The notes: a model not told the origin generated them from the letters alone. 64,000 nt of DNA from Pseudobdellovibrionaceae bacterium (GCA_044359815.1 JBIKLL010000003.1:32001-96000), one strand, 5' to 3'. Positions 19,640-29,428 are shown, counted from the first letter of the stretch. A program made the numbers and translations.

Positions 19640-20106
19640 TTAGATGGCCCCTTTTTCTTCGGCAACTTTGGATTTTAAAAATTATTTCTATGATTTTACA
19701 CCTTGAGAATACATTTGCGAGCGCGACATTTAATTTACCGCCGCATATCTGGTGATGCGTAAATGCAAAGATAATTTTTTTCACTATTTTTAGACACTCG
19801 CTAACGGCCGCGGGCTCATCTCTCGTATTGAGTCATTTAGACTAATCACTTTTACGATTAATAAATTATCTTAAAACTGATTAGTCTAAATGACTCAACA
19901 CCAGATATGCCCCGCACGCTCGCTGCATGTGTCTAAAAACAGTAAAAACAAATTACCTATGCATTTACGCAATACGAGAGATGAGCCCGCGGCCGTTAGC
20001 AAGTATTCTCAAGATGTAAAATCATAGAAATAATTTTTAAAATTCAAAGTAACTGCAGAAAAAGGGGTCGGTAGTAAAATCATACAACTTTAGTTTTGTT
20101 CAGAAA
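19623..20106. repeat. Nested modular palindrome element 2 (about 420-bp core, 19648-20067)
   Basis: S1 19648-19712/20003-20067 (59/65); S2 19756-19797/19929-19971; S3 19828-19848/19878-19898 (21/21); A 19800-19830/19970-20000 (31/31); B 19743-19754/19899-19910 (12/12); outer arms 19623-19639/20090-20106 (15/17). Confidence 0.95.
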
Positions 20107-20109
20107 AGG

Positions 20110-20649
20110 CTAATTTAATCCTTGTTCATAGGTCTGTTGCCAGTGCGACAGGGTTTTTATCCAAATCAGTTTTGATTGATTTTCTGAGCGCTGAAGGATT
20201 CTGATAAGCTCAGGTCTCATTTGTGTATGGCTTTTCCAAGCTGTCCTCAGTAATTTCACAGTGTGACGGAAGGACAATTCATTGGCGCCTTTGGGCAACT
20301 CAGGGCGAGGATTACAAATGTTTGTGATTTGCCTTTTGATAATCCAAAAAAAATGTCGGGGTAGTTTAAAATCGACAAAAACAATTCGATCACTCAGTTT
20401 GAATCTTTCCTGCAGAACATCCAAGGGGCCGTAACCATCAATGATCCACTCTGATTGCTGGTGAATTTTCTGCAGCTCAGAAATGGTTTCTTGGTAAGGT
20501 TTGATCTGCAGATCAACAGTGAACTGCAGACTGTCTATGTGGGTAACTGGCAGGTTCAACAATTGCCCAAGCTGCGCGCTGAGCTTGGTTTTTCCGCCGC
20601 CACTGTTTCCGATAACTGCGATTTTTTTTGGTCTTGAAGGTTTCTGCAA
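20110..20649 (-). CDS. Adenylate kinase-like P-loop protein (FlaR/topology modulation protein family)
   Basis: KIAVIGNSGGGKT, THIDSL, WIIDGY, RPELPKG. Confidence 0.8.
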   Translation of the reverse strand: MQKPSRPKKIAVIGNSGGGKTKLSAQLGQLLNLPVTHIDSLQFTVDLQIKPYQETISELQKIHQQSEWIIDGYGPLDVLQERFKLSDRIVFVDFKLPRHFFWIIKRQITNICNPRPELPKGANELSFRHTVKLLRTAWKSHTQMRPELIRILQRSENQSKLIWIKTLSHWQQTYEQGLN

Positions 20650-20655
20650 ACTAAA

Positions 20656-21441
20656 TCAATTGTCGCGTTTAAATTTAGACGCCACAAATTTATTAAATAC
20701 GTTGGGTAACATGGTAGCCATCATTAATCCCACAGCTTCCATACCTACAGGTTTTAAAACAGGCAGATCTTCCAACACGGCTTCTCGAATCATTTTTGCG
20801 TATTTCTGAGTAGTGATTGATTTGCTGACCAGGCTCATATCCAGGTTTTTTCCGTATTTTTTAGGAATCTCATTAAACATTCTGGTTTCTACTCCGGGTG
20901 TGATCAGCAGCAAGGTGCTCACACCTGTGCCGGCTAATTCTGACCTGAGACTGTTGGTAAAGGCATTCACTGCGGCTTTAGTTGCAGCATAGGTTGTGGC
21001 GCAGGGAAAATGCATGATTGAGGACACAGATGAATTGTTTATGATTTTACCCTTTTTTCTGGCAACCATTCCAGGCAGGATCTCTTTGGTTAAATGAATC
21101 AGTCCAGTCACATTGACTTGCATGACTGAATAAATATCCGAGACTTTTTGCTGTTCTAGCAGTCCGCCAGTTAGCTGGCCCGCATTGTTAAACAAAACAT
21201 CAATTGTTAAATCGCGCAGTCTGGATCCCACTGTAGCAATGGATTCTCGGTTTTCCAGATCCAAAACATGGGTGAAAACTTCCTTGGCCCCTAGGTTTTT
21301 CAAATGACTGTTAAGCTCAGGATCCTCTTTGCGAATTAACAAATGAATGATGGCATTGTCTTGTGCGCAGACTTCAGCAAAAGCCTTGCCTATCCCTCTG
21401 TTTGCACCTGTGATTGCGACGCTACTATTTTTGATTTCCAT
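20656..21441 (-). CDS. Short-chain dehydrogenase/reductase
   Basis: TGANRGIG, NNAG, NSS, YAATK. Confidence 0.9.
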   Translation of the reverse strand: MEIKNSSVAITGANRGIGKAFAEVCAQDNAIIHLLIRKEDPELNSHLKNLGAKEVFTHVLDLENRESIATVGSRLRDLTIDVLFNNAGQLTGGLLEQQKVSDIYSVMQVNVTGLIHLTKEILPGMVARKKGKIINNSSVSSIMHFPCATTYAATKAAVNAFTNSLRSELAGTGVSTLLLITPGVETRMFNEIPKKYGKNLDMSLVSKSITTQKYAKMIREAVLEDLPVLKPVGMEAVGLMMATMLPNVFNKFVASKFKRDN

Positions 21442-21446
21442 AATAC

Positions 21447-22214
21447 CTACTTTATTGGATGGTCGGGTTTTAATCCCCAACTGGTTAAAATTTTTGATTC
21501 ATCTTCTGGAGACATGGCCTTTTTAAATTTGGCACCAGATCGTCCCTTGACCCTTTGTTCGCACTCTGACCACGTCTTATGACGGATAACCTCAGACCCG
21601 ACATAGCTCAAATAGCTAAATGCGACCTTAGGTTCAGATGGTGATTTAATTTCAGGAATTGATAAATCCTGCGGCAGTAAAAACAACTCGTGCGAATAAT
21701 TGTTTTCATCACCCTCATATAATTCTACAGAATCCCGTTTCGAATACCCTACAGCAATCTCGTCACAGCGTTCATTGCCGGGGATACCCACATGGCCTCT
21801 GACAAAATTCCAGACAAATCGCTTCCTGATCGGATCTACGACGGCAATCAACTGTTGCCAGATTTCCTTATTGGCAACGGGCTGTCCCTCAGCCGTTAGC
21901 CAGCCGCGTTTTTTCCAACCATGCACCCACTGCGAAATTCCCCTTAAAAAATAAACCGAATCAGAAAACACATTCACTGTTCCAGAGCTTCTGTTTTCCA
22001 GAATGGATTCTATTCCCACCAAGGCTCCCAATAATTCCATTTCGTTGTTGGTGGTTAATTTTTTAGAGCCACCCAGTTCTAGAATTTGACCGTTTTCAAA
22101 GCGGACTATGGTTCCGTAACCGCCGGTGCCAGGATTTCCAGAGCAGGCGCCATCGCAAAACAACAGCGTCGTTTTTTTAAATTCAGCTTCGCGATGGGTT
22201 AGATTAGAAGTCAT
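21447..22214 (-). CDS. rnhA: Ribonuclease HI with C-terminal hybrid-binding (Cauli_VI-like) domain
   Basis: CDGACSGNPG, TTNNEMEL, SDSVY, WKKRGW, VRGHVGIPGNERCD; C-terminal TWSECEQRVKGRSGAKFKK. Confidence 0.9.
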   Translation of the reverse strand: MTSNLTHREAEFKKTTLLFCDGACSGNPGTGGYGTIVRFENGQILELGGSKKLTTNNEMELLGALVGIESILENRSSGTVNVFSDSVYFLRGISQWVHGWKKRGWLTAEGQPVANKEIWQQLIAVVDPIRKRFVWNFVRGHVGIPGNERCDEIAVGYSKRDSVELYEGDENNYSHELFLLPQDLSIPEIKSPSEPKVAFSYLSYVGSEVIRHKTWSECEQRVKGRSGAKFKKAMSPEDESKILTSWGLKPDHPIK

Positions 22215-22281
22215 GGGTAAAACATAACTAGACAATTGCCAATTGGCACGAAAAAATGACTCTTCAACAGGAGATGTTGGC

Positions 22282-22815
22282 TTGGGAAAAAGAAGCAAAG
22301 ATGAAATCATCGACAAAGTTTTAAGCAGCTCAATTGATTTAAATCTAAGAAAAGGCCATTTAAAATGGTCGGTGACTGATTTGGCCAAAGACAGCGGAAT
22401 CAGCCGAACTTTGATTTATTATTATTTTGGCAAATCCAAAGAAGCGATTTTATCAGAAGCTGTGCAGTTTTATGCCTCGGAAATCTTTGACACCCGATGG
22501 GAAGTTTCGCAAAAGCTGTTAAAGGGCGAAATCGAAAACATGATCAGAACGACCAGGGCTTTGATCTCTAAAAACCCTCATCTGGTAGTTCTGTATTCCA
22601 GGTTCAGAAACTCAAACACTTCCGTTGGTAAGGCCTTTGCCGAGGGCGAGAAAAAATACCTGAGTATGATCACTGATACCTTGCCCGAAAAAAACAAAAC
22701 ACATGCAAAAATGATTTGGGCTTTTATTTATGGTTTGACGCTTTCGCCTTCGATATTTGATTCAGATCTTGCTCAGGCAGGGATATTTCTGCGCCGCTTT
22801 TGGCAGACCGGATAA
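22282..22815 (+). CDS. TetR/AcrR family transcriptional regulator
   Basis: SVTDLAKDSGISRTLIYYYFGKSKEAIL HTH; SD AGGAG at 22269 before in-frame TTG 22282. Confidence 0.85.
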   Translation: MGKRSKDEIIDKVLSSSIDLNLRKGHLKWSVTDLAKDSGISRTLIYYYFGKSKEAILSEAVQFYASEIFDTRWEVSQKLLKGEIENMIRTTRALISKNPHLVVLYSRFRNSNTSVGKAFAEGEKKYLSMITDTLPEKNKTHAKMIWAFIYGLTLSPSIFDSDLAQAGIFLRRFWQTG

Positions 22816-22897
22816 TCTGACCAACTTAGACTGTGCCCCATTTACAGATTCTGAAAATTTGCTTTCAACAATCCGTAAATGGGGCTTCCAGCTTTGC

Positions 22898-23431
22898 TTA
22901 GGGACAAGATTCAGTTTTGATAACGACGGCCATTCTGTGGATGCTGGCTGAAGCATTTTTGGCAAACACTGAAGCATTCATTCTCAGAATTGTGTCTGGA
23001 TTCTCACCGCATTCTCGCAGTACGGTTTTTTCACTGTGCAACAGGAACTCTCCATCTTGTTGACTCAGATCGGCTTCAATTGATGCTCTTTCTGACCCTA
23101 CTGTCCAGACATCAAAATTCAAATTGAGCTTGGATCCAGGATTTTCAACAAAGCCATCTATAAAAGCAAATTCTGCCACCAGTCTGGAATCCGTTTCTAT
23201 GCTCATAGGTATGGCTATTTGGCAGAATCTTCTGTCCATGCCGTTTTCAGCAAAGATATCAAAGACTCCTTCCAAACTGACATAACCTTCATCAGACACG
23301 ATCAAATTTTCTGGACCAATGCTGCCTGCGGGACAACCTGATCCCCCGTAAGTAGCTTGGCCAAACTGTATGGATGCAAAGCCCGTAGTCGTGATCAACA
23401 TAACTAATACTGTGGTTAAAATGGTTTTCAT
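22898..23431 (-). CDS. DUF4360-like secreted protein
   Basis: Signal peptide, YGGSGCPAGS, RRFCQIAIP, four Cys. Confidence 0.75.
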   Translation of the reverse strand: MKTILTTVLVMLITTTGFASIQFGQATYGGSGCPAGSIGPENLIVSDEGYVSLEGVFDIFAENGMDRRFCQIAIPMSIETDSRLVAEFAFIDGFVENPGSKLNLNFDVWTVGSERASIEADLSQQDGEFLLHSEKTVLRECGENPDTILRMNASVFAKNASASIHRMAVVIKTESCP

Positions 23432-23515
23432 AAAACCCCCTTCTTGGATTCACAATAGTAGATTCGCACTGCGCAGAACAAGTGTTTTTGGAACAAAGTG
23501 TTCCAAAAGCTTGGA

Positions 23516-24199
23516 TCAGTCGATTCGAAATTTTAAAGAGACTTTTAAATTGCTGATGTATTTGCCGAGGTGTTCGTCTGCAATTTGTAAAATAAATTTT
23601 TGATCTTTTATGGGAATAAAATCTATGTACAAACTGCTTCCTTGTATAAATTGATTTTTAGTCACAGCTCCGATTTGCAATCTGTACTTGGAATCTTTTT
23701 TGGATAGCACTGTAGAGAGTTTATTTTTTGAAGCTCTGATGTCGTTTTCAATTTCTTCCAGACGAACATCCAAGGAAGACATTGCTGACAGATTGGCGGC
23801 TGCATAATCCTGCATGTCTTGATCTGATGTTAAAATTAATTCTAGAGTGTGATTGGGATTACCTTTTAACAAAACAGTTATAGAAAATTCATAAGGTCTT
23901 TCCTCATCAATCCCGCCTTGAATATCGATCAGTTGCGCGGGGCCAGGGCTGTTAGCCAATAGGGCATCAAACTTTTTTATTATTTCGCCAAACTCAGTCA
24001 TCAATTTCTGAGTCTCGGGACTGTCTACAATTTGTTGGTGCGAAAATGAAGGATCAGTATTTGCTGATTTACTTTTTCCAAAGGGATCAAACAATCCCAC
24101 GATCAAAAATGCCAATACGGCTATGGATACCAGGGCGATTGCAATGGTCTTGATTGGCAATTTAAATCCCTTGTTGTCAGAGCTTTCTGAATCCTTCAT
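23516..24199 (-). CDS. Hypothetical membrane-anchored protein
   Basis: Single N-terminal TM; 227-aa ORF. Confidence 0.6.
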   Translation of the reverse strand: MKDSESSDNKGFKLPIKTIAIALVSIAVLAFLIVGLFDPFGKSKSANTDPSFSHQQIVDSPETQKLMTEFGEIIKKFDALLANSPGPAQLIDIQGGIDEERPYEFSITVLLKGNPNHTLELILTSDQDMQDYAAANLSAMSSLDVRLEEIENDIRASKNKLSTVLSKKDSKYRLQIGAVTKNQFIQGSSLYIDFIPIKDQKFILQIADEHLGKYISNLKVSLKFRID

Positions 24200-24382
24200 C
24201 TACACCTCTTATGCTAAAATTGTAAGCAACAAACAAGGCCACTGTCTACAGTCAGTAGTGGATAATCAGATTCAGCAGTCCAGGGGCCTGCAATCCATGA
24301 AACAATAAAATCTGAAAAGTGAAGGCTAAGACCTAGTCGGCTCATAACCAGCAGAGCCTCACTATCAGGTCACTGCCAGTTC

Positions 24383-26155
24383 TTAGAACATCCATTTCAC
24401 AAAATAAGCTCTTTCGCTAATGTCTGATTCGTTGTCTCGGGACAATTGATTATGTGAAATTTCTAAGCCCACAGAATGATCTGAATTAATTAAATATCGA
24501 AAATTCATGGAAGCTTGATATTTCTTGGAATCAAAATATTTAAATTCACTAGACAGTTTCCAATCTGGTGACAGTTGCATCAGATAACCCAAATTAATTC
24601 CAGGGTAAAAATACTTTTGCCAAACGCTTAAATTTAACAACACAGAAAATCTGCAATCTAGGCCTTCACACAGATCATAGGATTTGCCTGCATTGGCATC
24701 CAGAAAGCCCACTAAAGCTTCAGAATGCGATAATTCAGATTCCATCCCAAGATTGATTCCCCACGACCAATCAGAGAAATAATAATTTGAAGGTGGTCTG
24801 CTCTGAACATTTAAAACTTCTAGTTTTTTTAAATAATATTGATTTTGGTTGTTGGCCTCAAAATCAAATTTTAAAACTTCTAGTGCGCTCCACGTAAGAG
24901 TGGGTTCATCGTCCAAAAAACTTCTTTGCAACAATCTAAACCCAAACTTTGCAGTCGGGTTCTGACCGCGGATACCTAATCCTAAATTCCACTTTAAACT
25001 TTTGCTGGTCAATGATGACAATTGGGGCTCTTGAACTGAAAAATAATTTCTATCAGTCCGTTTGGATCTTAGTTTAGCCAAGGTGTAGGACAATTCTTTG
25101 TAGTGCCTATTTTCAGAATCACCAGACAGTTTTATGGCCGAGTATATTTGCAAAAATTCAAGTTCGGCAGAATTCAGATTATCCAAATTTGAAAACAGTT
25201 TTTCGGGCTCTTTATCAATCAGATTTTTGCGTTGGTAAAATTCTGACTTTAATGATGACCTGTATTTTGCAACGGTTGTGATTTGTTGATCATAGACTTT
25301 TTCTAGGGCTTCTTTGGGCGTGACCCACAGTTCTTCATTGTTGACTAAATCTAACTGAGGTCTTGCGACCATTAACAGTTTCAAAATAAAATAAGCACAG
25401 TTGTCATCCAAATAATAATAATCAAAATATCGACCTTCCATTTCCCATACATGTTGAAGAATTTTTCGAATTTCCAAGGGGCTATAGTTTAATTTAAGTT
25501 CCCAAATATCCCTGCCATCCAGATCCGTGTATTCTTTGATCAGCAGATGATAAGGGGCAAAACCATAGGTGGCGGGAAAGTATCCAAACAGCCCTTTCAG
25601 CGCATACAGAGCCCCAGAGTCCGAACCAGTGCGTGCCGAAAAATTGATTCCATAATCGATTAATTCATTTCCCAGTGAGCGTTCGCTTTTGAATTTTAAT
25701 AAAACATGCCCGAAGGTCGATGAGGGGTTTTGTAAAAAACTTGATGCAAAAACTAAATAGATTTCGTTAGCAGCTAGTTTTCTGTAAAAATCTTCAAACT
25801 CGGGACAATCCCACTGTTGTTCCTTAGGGATTCCTAGGTTTCTGGCTAAAAAATCCCTTCTGAGCATATATTTGCATTGAGTCTGTCGCTGAATATTGGG
25901 TGCCGAATAAAACATAAGCTCAACGGTTTTTAACAATTCACTTTTGGCATTGTGATTTCCATCAGCAGCTAAAAAATGATCACCCCTTATTTTTGAAGTC
26001 AGATTTTCATCATAATAATTCAGGATAGACCATTCGGGATTCAGCCATAATTGGCTTTGCTGAGCTTTAAAAACAAAAGGCAGGGGTTCGTCACCCACTG
26101 CCTTTATGCTGATCAAAAATAATAAACTAAATACTGCTGACTTTAGTGATATCAC
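24383..26155 (-). CDS. DUF4105 (Lnb-like) protein with C-terminal beta-barrel-like region
   Basis: Signal peptide; VFAS..NPSSTFGH, ALKGLFG, EY...GRDIWE, YYYLDDNCA; C-terminal strands ending in F. Confidence 0.8.
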   Translation of the reverse strand: MISLKSAVFSLLFLISIKAVGDEPLPFVFKAQQSQLWLNPEWSILNYYDENLTSKIRGDHFLAADGNHNAKSELLKTVELMFYSAPNIQRQTQCKYMLRRDFLARNLGIPKEQQWDCPEFEDFYRKLAANEIYLVFASSFLQNPSSTFGHVLLKFKSERSLGNELIDYGINFSARTGSDSGALYALKGLFGYFPATYGFAPYHLLIKEYTDLDGRDIWELKLNYSPLEIRKILQHVWEMEGRYFDYYYLDDNCAYFILKLLMVARPQLDLVNNEELWVTPKEALEKVYDQQITTVAKYRSSLKSEFYQRKNLIDKEPEKLFSNLDNLNSAELEFLQIYSAIKLSGDSENRHYKELSYTLAKLRSKRTDRNYFSVQEPQLSSLTSKSLKWNLGLGIRGQNPTAKFGFRLLQRSFLDDEPTLTWSALEVLKFDFEANNQNQYYLKKLEVLNVQSRPPSNYYFSDWSWGINLGMESELSHSEALVGFLDANAGKSYDLCEGLDCRFSVLLNLSVWQKYFYPGINLGYLMQLSPDWKLSSEFKYFDSKKYQASMNFRYLINSDHSVGLEISHNQLSRDNESDISERAYFVKWMF

Positions 26156-26615
26156 AAGACTGCTGAATCACCTTTGATGATTCGGTTGCATTCTTCAGAT
26201 TAGAATTTAATTGCTCCCAAGAAACATCGCTTGATGGAACCAAGGTTTGGTAATTTTCTTTGGTCCATTCAGCAAAAACTTTTTGAGAATTTGAATCAAT
26301 GCAGCCATTTAAAGTTGCCAGTGTTGACAGCTTTTCACCATTTCCTACGGCCATTTGTCGTTTTAATTCTTCGCTGTTCACTTCAACAAAGTACTGAATC
26401 TGTTTGTCGTTTTTAACCAAGCCACTGGCTGTGCAACCAGATGTTCCAAAGGTGATTCCCAGTGGTTGAGTAAACAAACTGTGATTTGTCGTCATAGAAA
26501 ACAATTGCAAGATTTTTGAATTTTTCTGAATGACTACACTGCCTAATCCGCAACCTGAATCACCAGCAAAGCTCGCTACTGGAAAAATTAATAATGCTAA
26601 AACTAATTTCATCAT
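26127..26615 (-). CDS. DUF3015 family secreted protein
   Basis: Signal peptide, GCGLGS, TTN, GITFGTSGC, MAVGNGEKLSTLA..GC. Confidence 0.8.
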   Translation of the reverse strand: MMKLVLALLIFPVASFAGDSGCGLGSVVIQKNSKILQLFSMTTNHSLFTQPLGITFGTSGCTASGLVKNDKQIQYFVEVNSEELKRQMAVGNGEKLSTLATLNGCIDSNSQKVFAEWTKENYQTLVPSSDVSWEQLNSNLKNATESSKVIQQSCDITKVSSI

Positions 26616-26676
26616 GAAATCCCCCTTATGTTGTTGGATATTAATAATTATCCAGACAATCAGGGGGTGTTACAAA

Positions 26677-27072
26677 CTATTTTGCTTCAGCAATTAGTTT
26701 TTTATAGTCTGGGGCTCTCATTAAATTGGCCAGTTCTTTCTCAGAATCCATTTCAATGCGGATCAACCAGCCATTGTTTACTGGATCATCGTTCAGTACA
26801 GCGGGGTCATCACCAATTGAATTGTTCACTTCAATCACTGTGCCGCTAACAGGAGCATACAAATCACTGACGGCTTTAACGCTTTCAACAACACCAAATG
26901 ATTCGCCTTGGTTTACCTTTTGACCTTCTTCGGGCAACTCAACATAAACGATTTCGCCCAAAGAATTTTGAGCAAATTCTGTGATCCCAATCGTTACGAT
27001 GTTTTCATCGACCTGAGCCCATTCATGATCCTTGGTGTAGTAGTAGTCTTCTGGGATGTGATAAGTTGCCAT
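26677..27072 (-). CDS. gcvH: Glycine cleavage system H protein
   Basis: YTKDHEW, GITEFAQ, VESVKAVSD lipoyl-Lys motif. Confidence 0.97.
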   Translation of the reverse strand: MATYHIPEDYYYTKDHEWAQVDENIVTIGITEFAQNSLGEIVYVELPEEGQKVNQGESFGVVESVKAVSDLYAPVSGTVIEVNNSIGDDPAVLNDDPVNNGWLIRIEMDSEKELANLMRAPDYKKLIAEAK

Positions 27073-27096
27073 ATTAATAACCTCTTTTAATCGCAG

Positions 27097-28191
27097 TTAG
27101 TTTTTATTAACAAAGGGTGTTTTCACCACTTCTGCTTTCACTTTTCTTCCGCGGATATCAACGCAAAACTGATTTCCGATTCTTTCAAAAGGCAATTGGA
27201 CATAACCAATCCCAATGGGAGCATCCAAAGAAGGTGAGTGAGTGCCACTAGTTACATATCCAATTTCTTGGTTGTCAAAGGAAAACAATTTGTATCCCTG
27301 TCTGGGAATTCCCTTTTCAAGCATCTTAAATCCCACAAGTTTTCGTGTTGGTGATTCTTTGCCTGCTTTGACTTTTTCTTTACCCAAAAAATCTTTTGCA
27401 TCCAATTTTACAACCCAACCCAGGCCAGCTTCATAGGGATTCGTCGTGTCATCAATTTCGTGTCCGTAAAGGCTGTATTTCATCTCGGTGCGCAGGGTGT
27501 CTCTGGCGCCCAATCCGATAGGTTGCACAGAAAAGCTTGAGCCTTTTTCCAATAAATCATTCCACAGTTTCGAAGCCACAGAGGCTTCTACAAATACCTC
27601 AACCCCGGTTTCCCCTGTGTAACCAGTTCTGGCCACTATGATGGAACCGTTTCGGTATTTGCCACGAATAAAAGTAAAGTTTCGCTGTGTTTCAGTCTCG
27701 ATGCCCAGGACGGTATAAATCAGTTTGTGGGCCATCGGTCCCTGTACGGCGATTTGGCCCCATTGAGAGCTTTCGTCGGTGATATCGGCGCCCTTGTTAT
27801 TTTGGGTCATCCATTTAAAATCTTTATCTTTGTTTGCGGCATTCACGCACACCAAATATTCGGTCTGTGGCTCAAGACAGTAAACGATAATATCATCGAC
27901 CAAACCACCATCGTGATTGGTCAACAGATTATATTGAGCTTCCCCAGATTTGATTTTTGATAAATCATTAGTGGTCAGCCATTGTAATGTGGCCAGGGCA
28001 TTGGGGCCTTTAAATCGGATTTCACCCATATGTGAAACATCAAACAGTCCCACGTTTGTGCGCACACAATTGTGTTCTTCAATCAGTCCCTTGTATTGAA
28101 TCGGCATTGAATAGCCGGCAAATTCCACCATTCGGGCGTTCAGACGTACATGATCTTCGTAAATTGGAGTCTTAAGGATTTCTGACATCAC
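27097..28191 (-). CDS. gcvT: Glycine cleavage system T protein (aminomethyltransferase)
   Basis: LFDVSHMGE, AVQGP, RTGYTGE, GLGARDTLRTE, VTSGT. Confidence 0.97.
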   Translation of the reverse strand: MMSEILKTPIYEDHVRLNARMVEFAGYSMPIQYKGLIEEHNCVRTNVGLFDVSHMGEIRFKGPNALATLQWLTTNDLSKIKSGEAQYNLLTNHDGGLVDDIIVYCLEPQTEYLVCVNAANKDKDFKWMTQNNKGADITDESSQWGQIAVQGPMAHKLIYTVLGIETETQRNFTFIRGKYRNGSIIVARTGYTGETGVEVFVEASVASKLWNDLLEKGSSFSVQPIGLGARDTLRTEMKYSLYGHEIDDTTNPYEAGLGWVVKLDAKDFLGKEKVKAGKESPTRKLVGFKMLEKGIPRQGYKLFSFDNQEIGYVTSGTHSPSLDAPIGIGYVQLPFERIGNQFCVDIRGRKVKAEVVKTPFVNKN

Positions 28192-28228
28192 AGACTCTTA
28201 TCGCAAAAACTTTATTTTTGAAACTGAT

Positions 28229-29317
28229 TTATTTGTGAGGGTTGAAGTCCTTGGTGTCTTCGCCGTATAGGTAAATAAGGCTTCCGCCCTTTAACTGTCT
28301 GATAAAATGCTTAGCGACAGCCGGCTCTAATGCGGGACAACCATAGGATCGGCCGACTCTTTCATAGGACAAAATGATTCCGTCGTTAATGTAATTAGCT
28401 CCGTGAATAATGATTTCGCGGTCATAGGCTTTGCTGTTTGTATCGGAAAGTCCGTGCATTTTTAGCGACACTCCGTGACCTCTTGAGCAATAGTCTGATG
28501 AAGCCAAATAAAATCCCACAGATGATTTTCCAGAATTTTCCTCAGGGTCTGTGTTGCCAAAATCTGTGGCAAAGCCAGTTCCCATAAAAGCTGATTTGAT
28601 GTTTGGATCGCTGCCTTTACCGTGGGCTGTAAGACCAGCTTCCAATTCAATTAGGCCTCTTGAAAAATCTGTGATTTTAAATTTAAAAAATCTTTTTTTT
28701 GCAGAGTGCAGCCTGAGATCAATAAACGTCAGATAAGTTTTGTTTTCAATTTTATCAGCGTGCTCAATGTACATAGAAAGCAGTTCGATCAACTGATCTT
28801 CAGCATCAAACGAAACGTATTCGTAATAAGGTTTTAAGAGTTTTAAAAAAATATCGATTTGATAGGTTCTTTTAATGTCGGTTAGTAGTTGGTTTGTCAG
28901 GATCGCTGGTTTCCAGTTGCTGAGTTCTGCAGCTTGCTTCCAGTAACCCAATTGTTCTTTGGCGATAATGCTGATTTCAAAATCAGACAAATTTTTAGTG
29001 ACCATGCATTTGTACGGAAAAAACAAAGGCTTTTTGCGAGCTTTTTTTCCGCTAATTTCAGGCTGAAATTTGTCCATGTAAGACAGCTCAGTGTAAGTGT
29101 TCAAAAATTCCAGATAGGATGCTCGGCCTTGCTGATAGGCAAACAGGCCTTCTTGTTGAACTTCATCTAATTGTAAATTTGAAGTTTCAAAATAAGGTAA
29201 AGCTGATTGATAATTTAATTTCGAAGCATAAACGGATTGAGAGATAAAAAGGCTTAAGGCGATAAAGGTCAAAATCAGGTAAACCAAAGTTTTGGTCAGT
29301 TTTATTATGGCTGTCAT
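28229..29317 (-). CDS. L,D-transpeptidase catalytic domain protein (YkuD_2-like) with N-terminal extension
   Basis: AHGKGS, SSVGFY, IIIHGANY...GRSYGCPA His/Cys motif; signal peptide. Confidence 0.85.
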   Translation of the reverse strand: MTAIIKLTKTLVYLILTFIALSLFISQSVYASKLNYQSALPYFETSNLQLDEVQQEGLFAYQQGRASYLEFLNTYTELSYMDKFQPEISGKKARKKPLFFPYKCMVTKNLSDFEISIIAKEQLGYWKQAAELSNWKPAILTNQLLTDIKRTYQIDIFLKLLKPYYEYVSFDAEDQLIELLSMYIEHADKIENKTYLTFIDLRLHSAKKRFFKFKITDFSRGLIELEAGLTAHGKGSDPNIKSAFMGTGFATDFGNTDPEENSGKSSVGFYLASSDYCSRGHGVSLKMHGLSDTNSKAYDREIIIHGANYINDGIILSYERVGRSYGCPALEPAVAKHFIRQLKGGSLIYLYGEDTKDFNPHK

Positions 29318-29428
29318 AGGGAGCTATCACTAACAAAAAATGTGCCGATTTCGCCAGTGATTAGTTAGATTTAGCAAATTCCACAAGGTAAGATTTTCAC
29401 CTTTATTCAGATTGTGTATGGCCCCTGA

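Noticed and set aside
19648..20067. CRISPR array or tRNA/rRNA interpretation of the modular repeat
   Set aside because: Repeats are inverted rather than direct, the spacers are self-complementary pairs, there are no cas genes, and no cloverleaf or rRNA motifs were seen.
22215..22388. N-terminal extension of rnhA
   Set aside because: Overlaps the divergent TetR gene; the RNase H core begins shortly after ATG 22214.
28192..28228. Glycine riboswitch upstream of gcvT (or gcvP)
   Set aside because: The gcvT gap is too short and no glycine aptamer consensus was seen at either leader.
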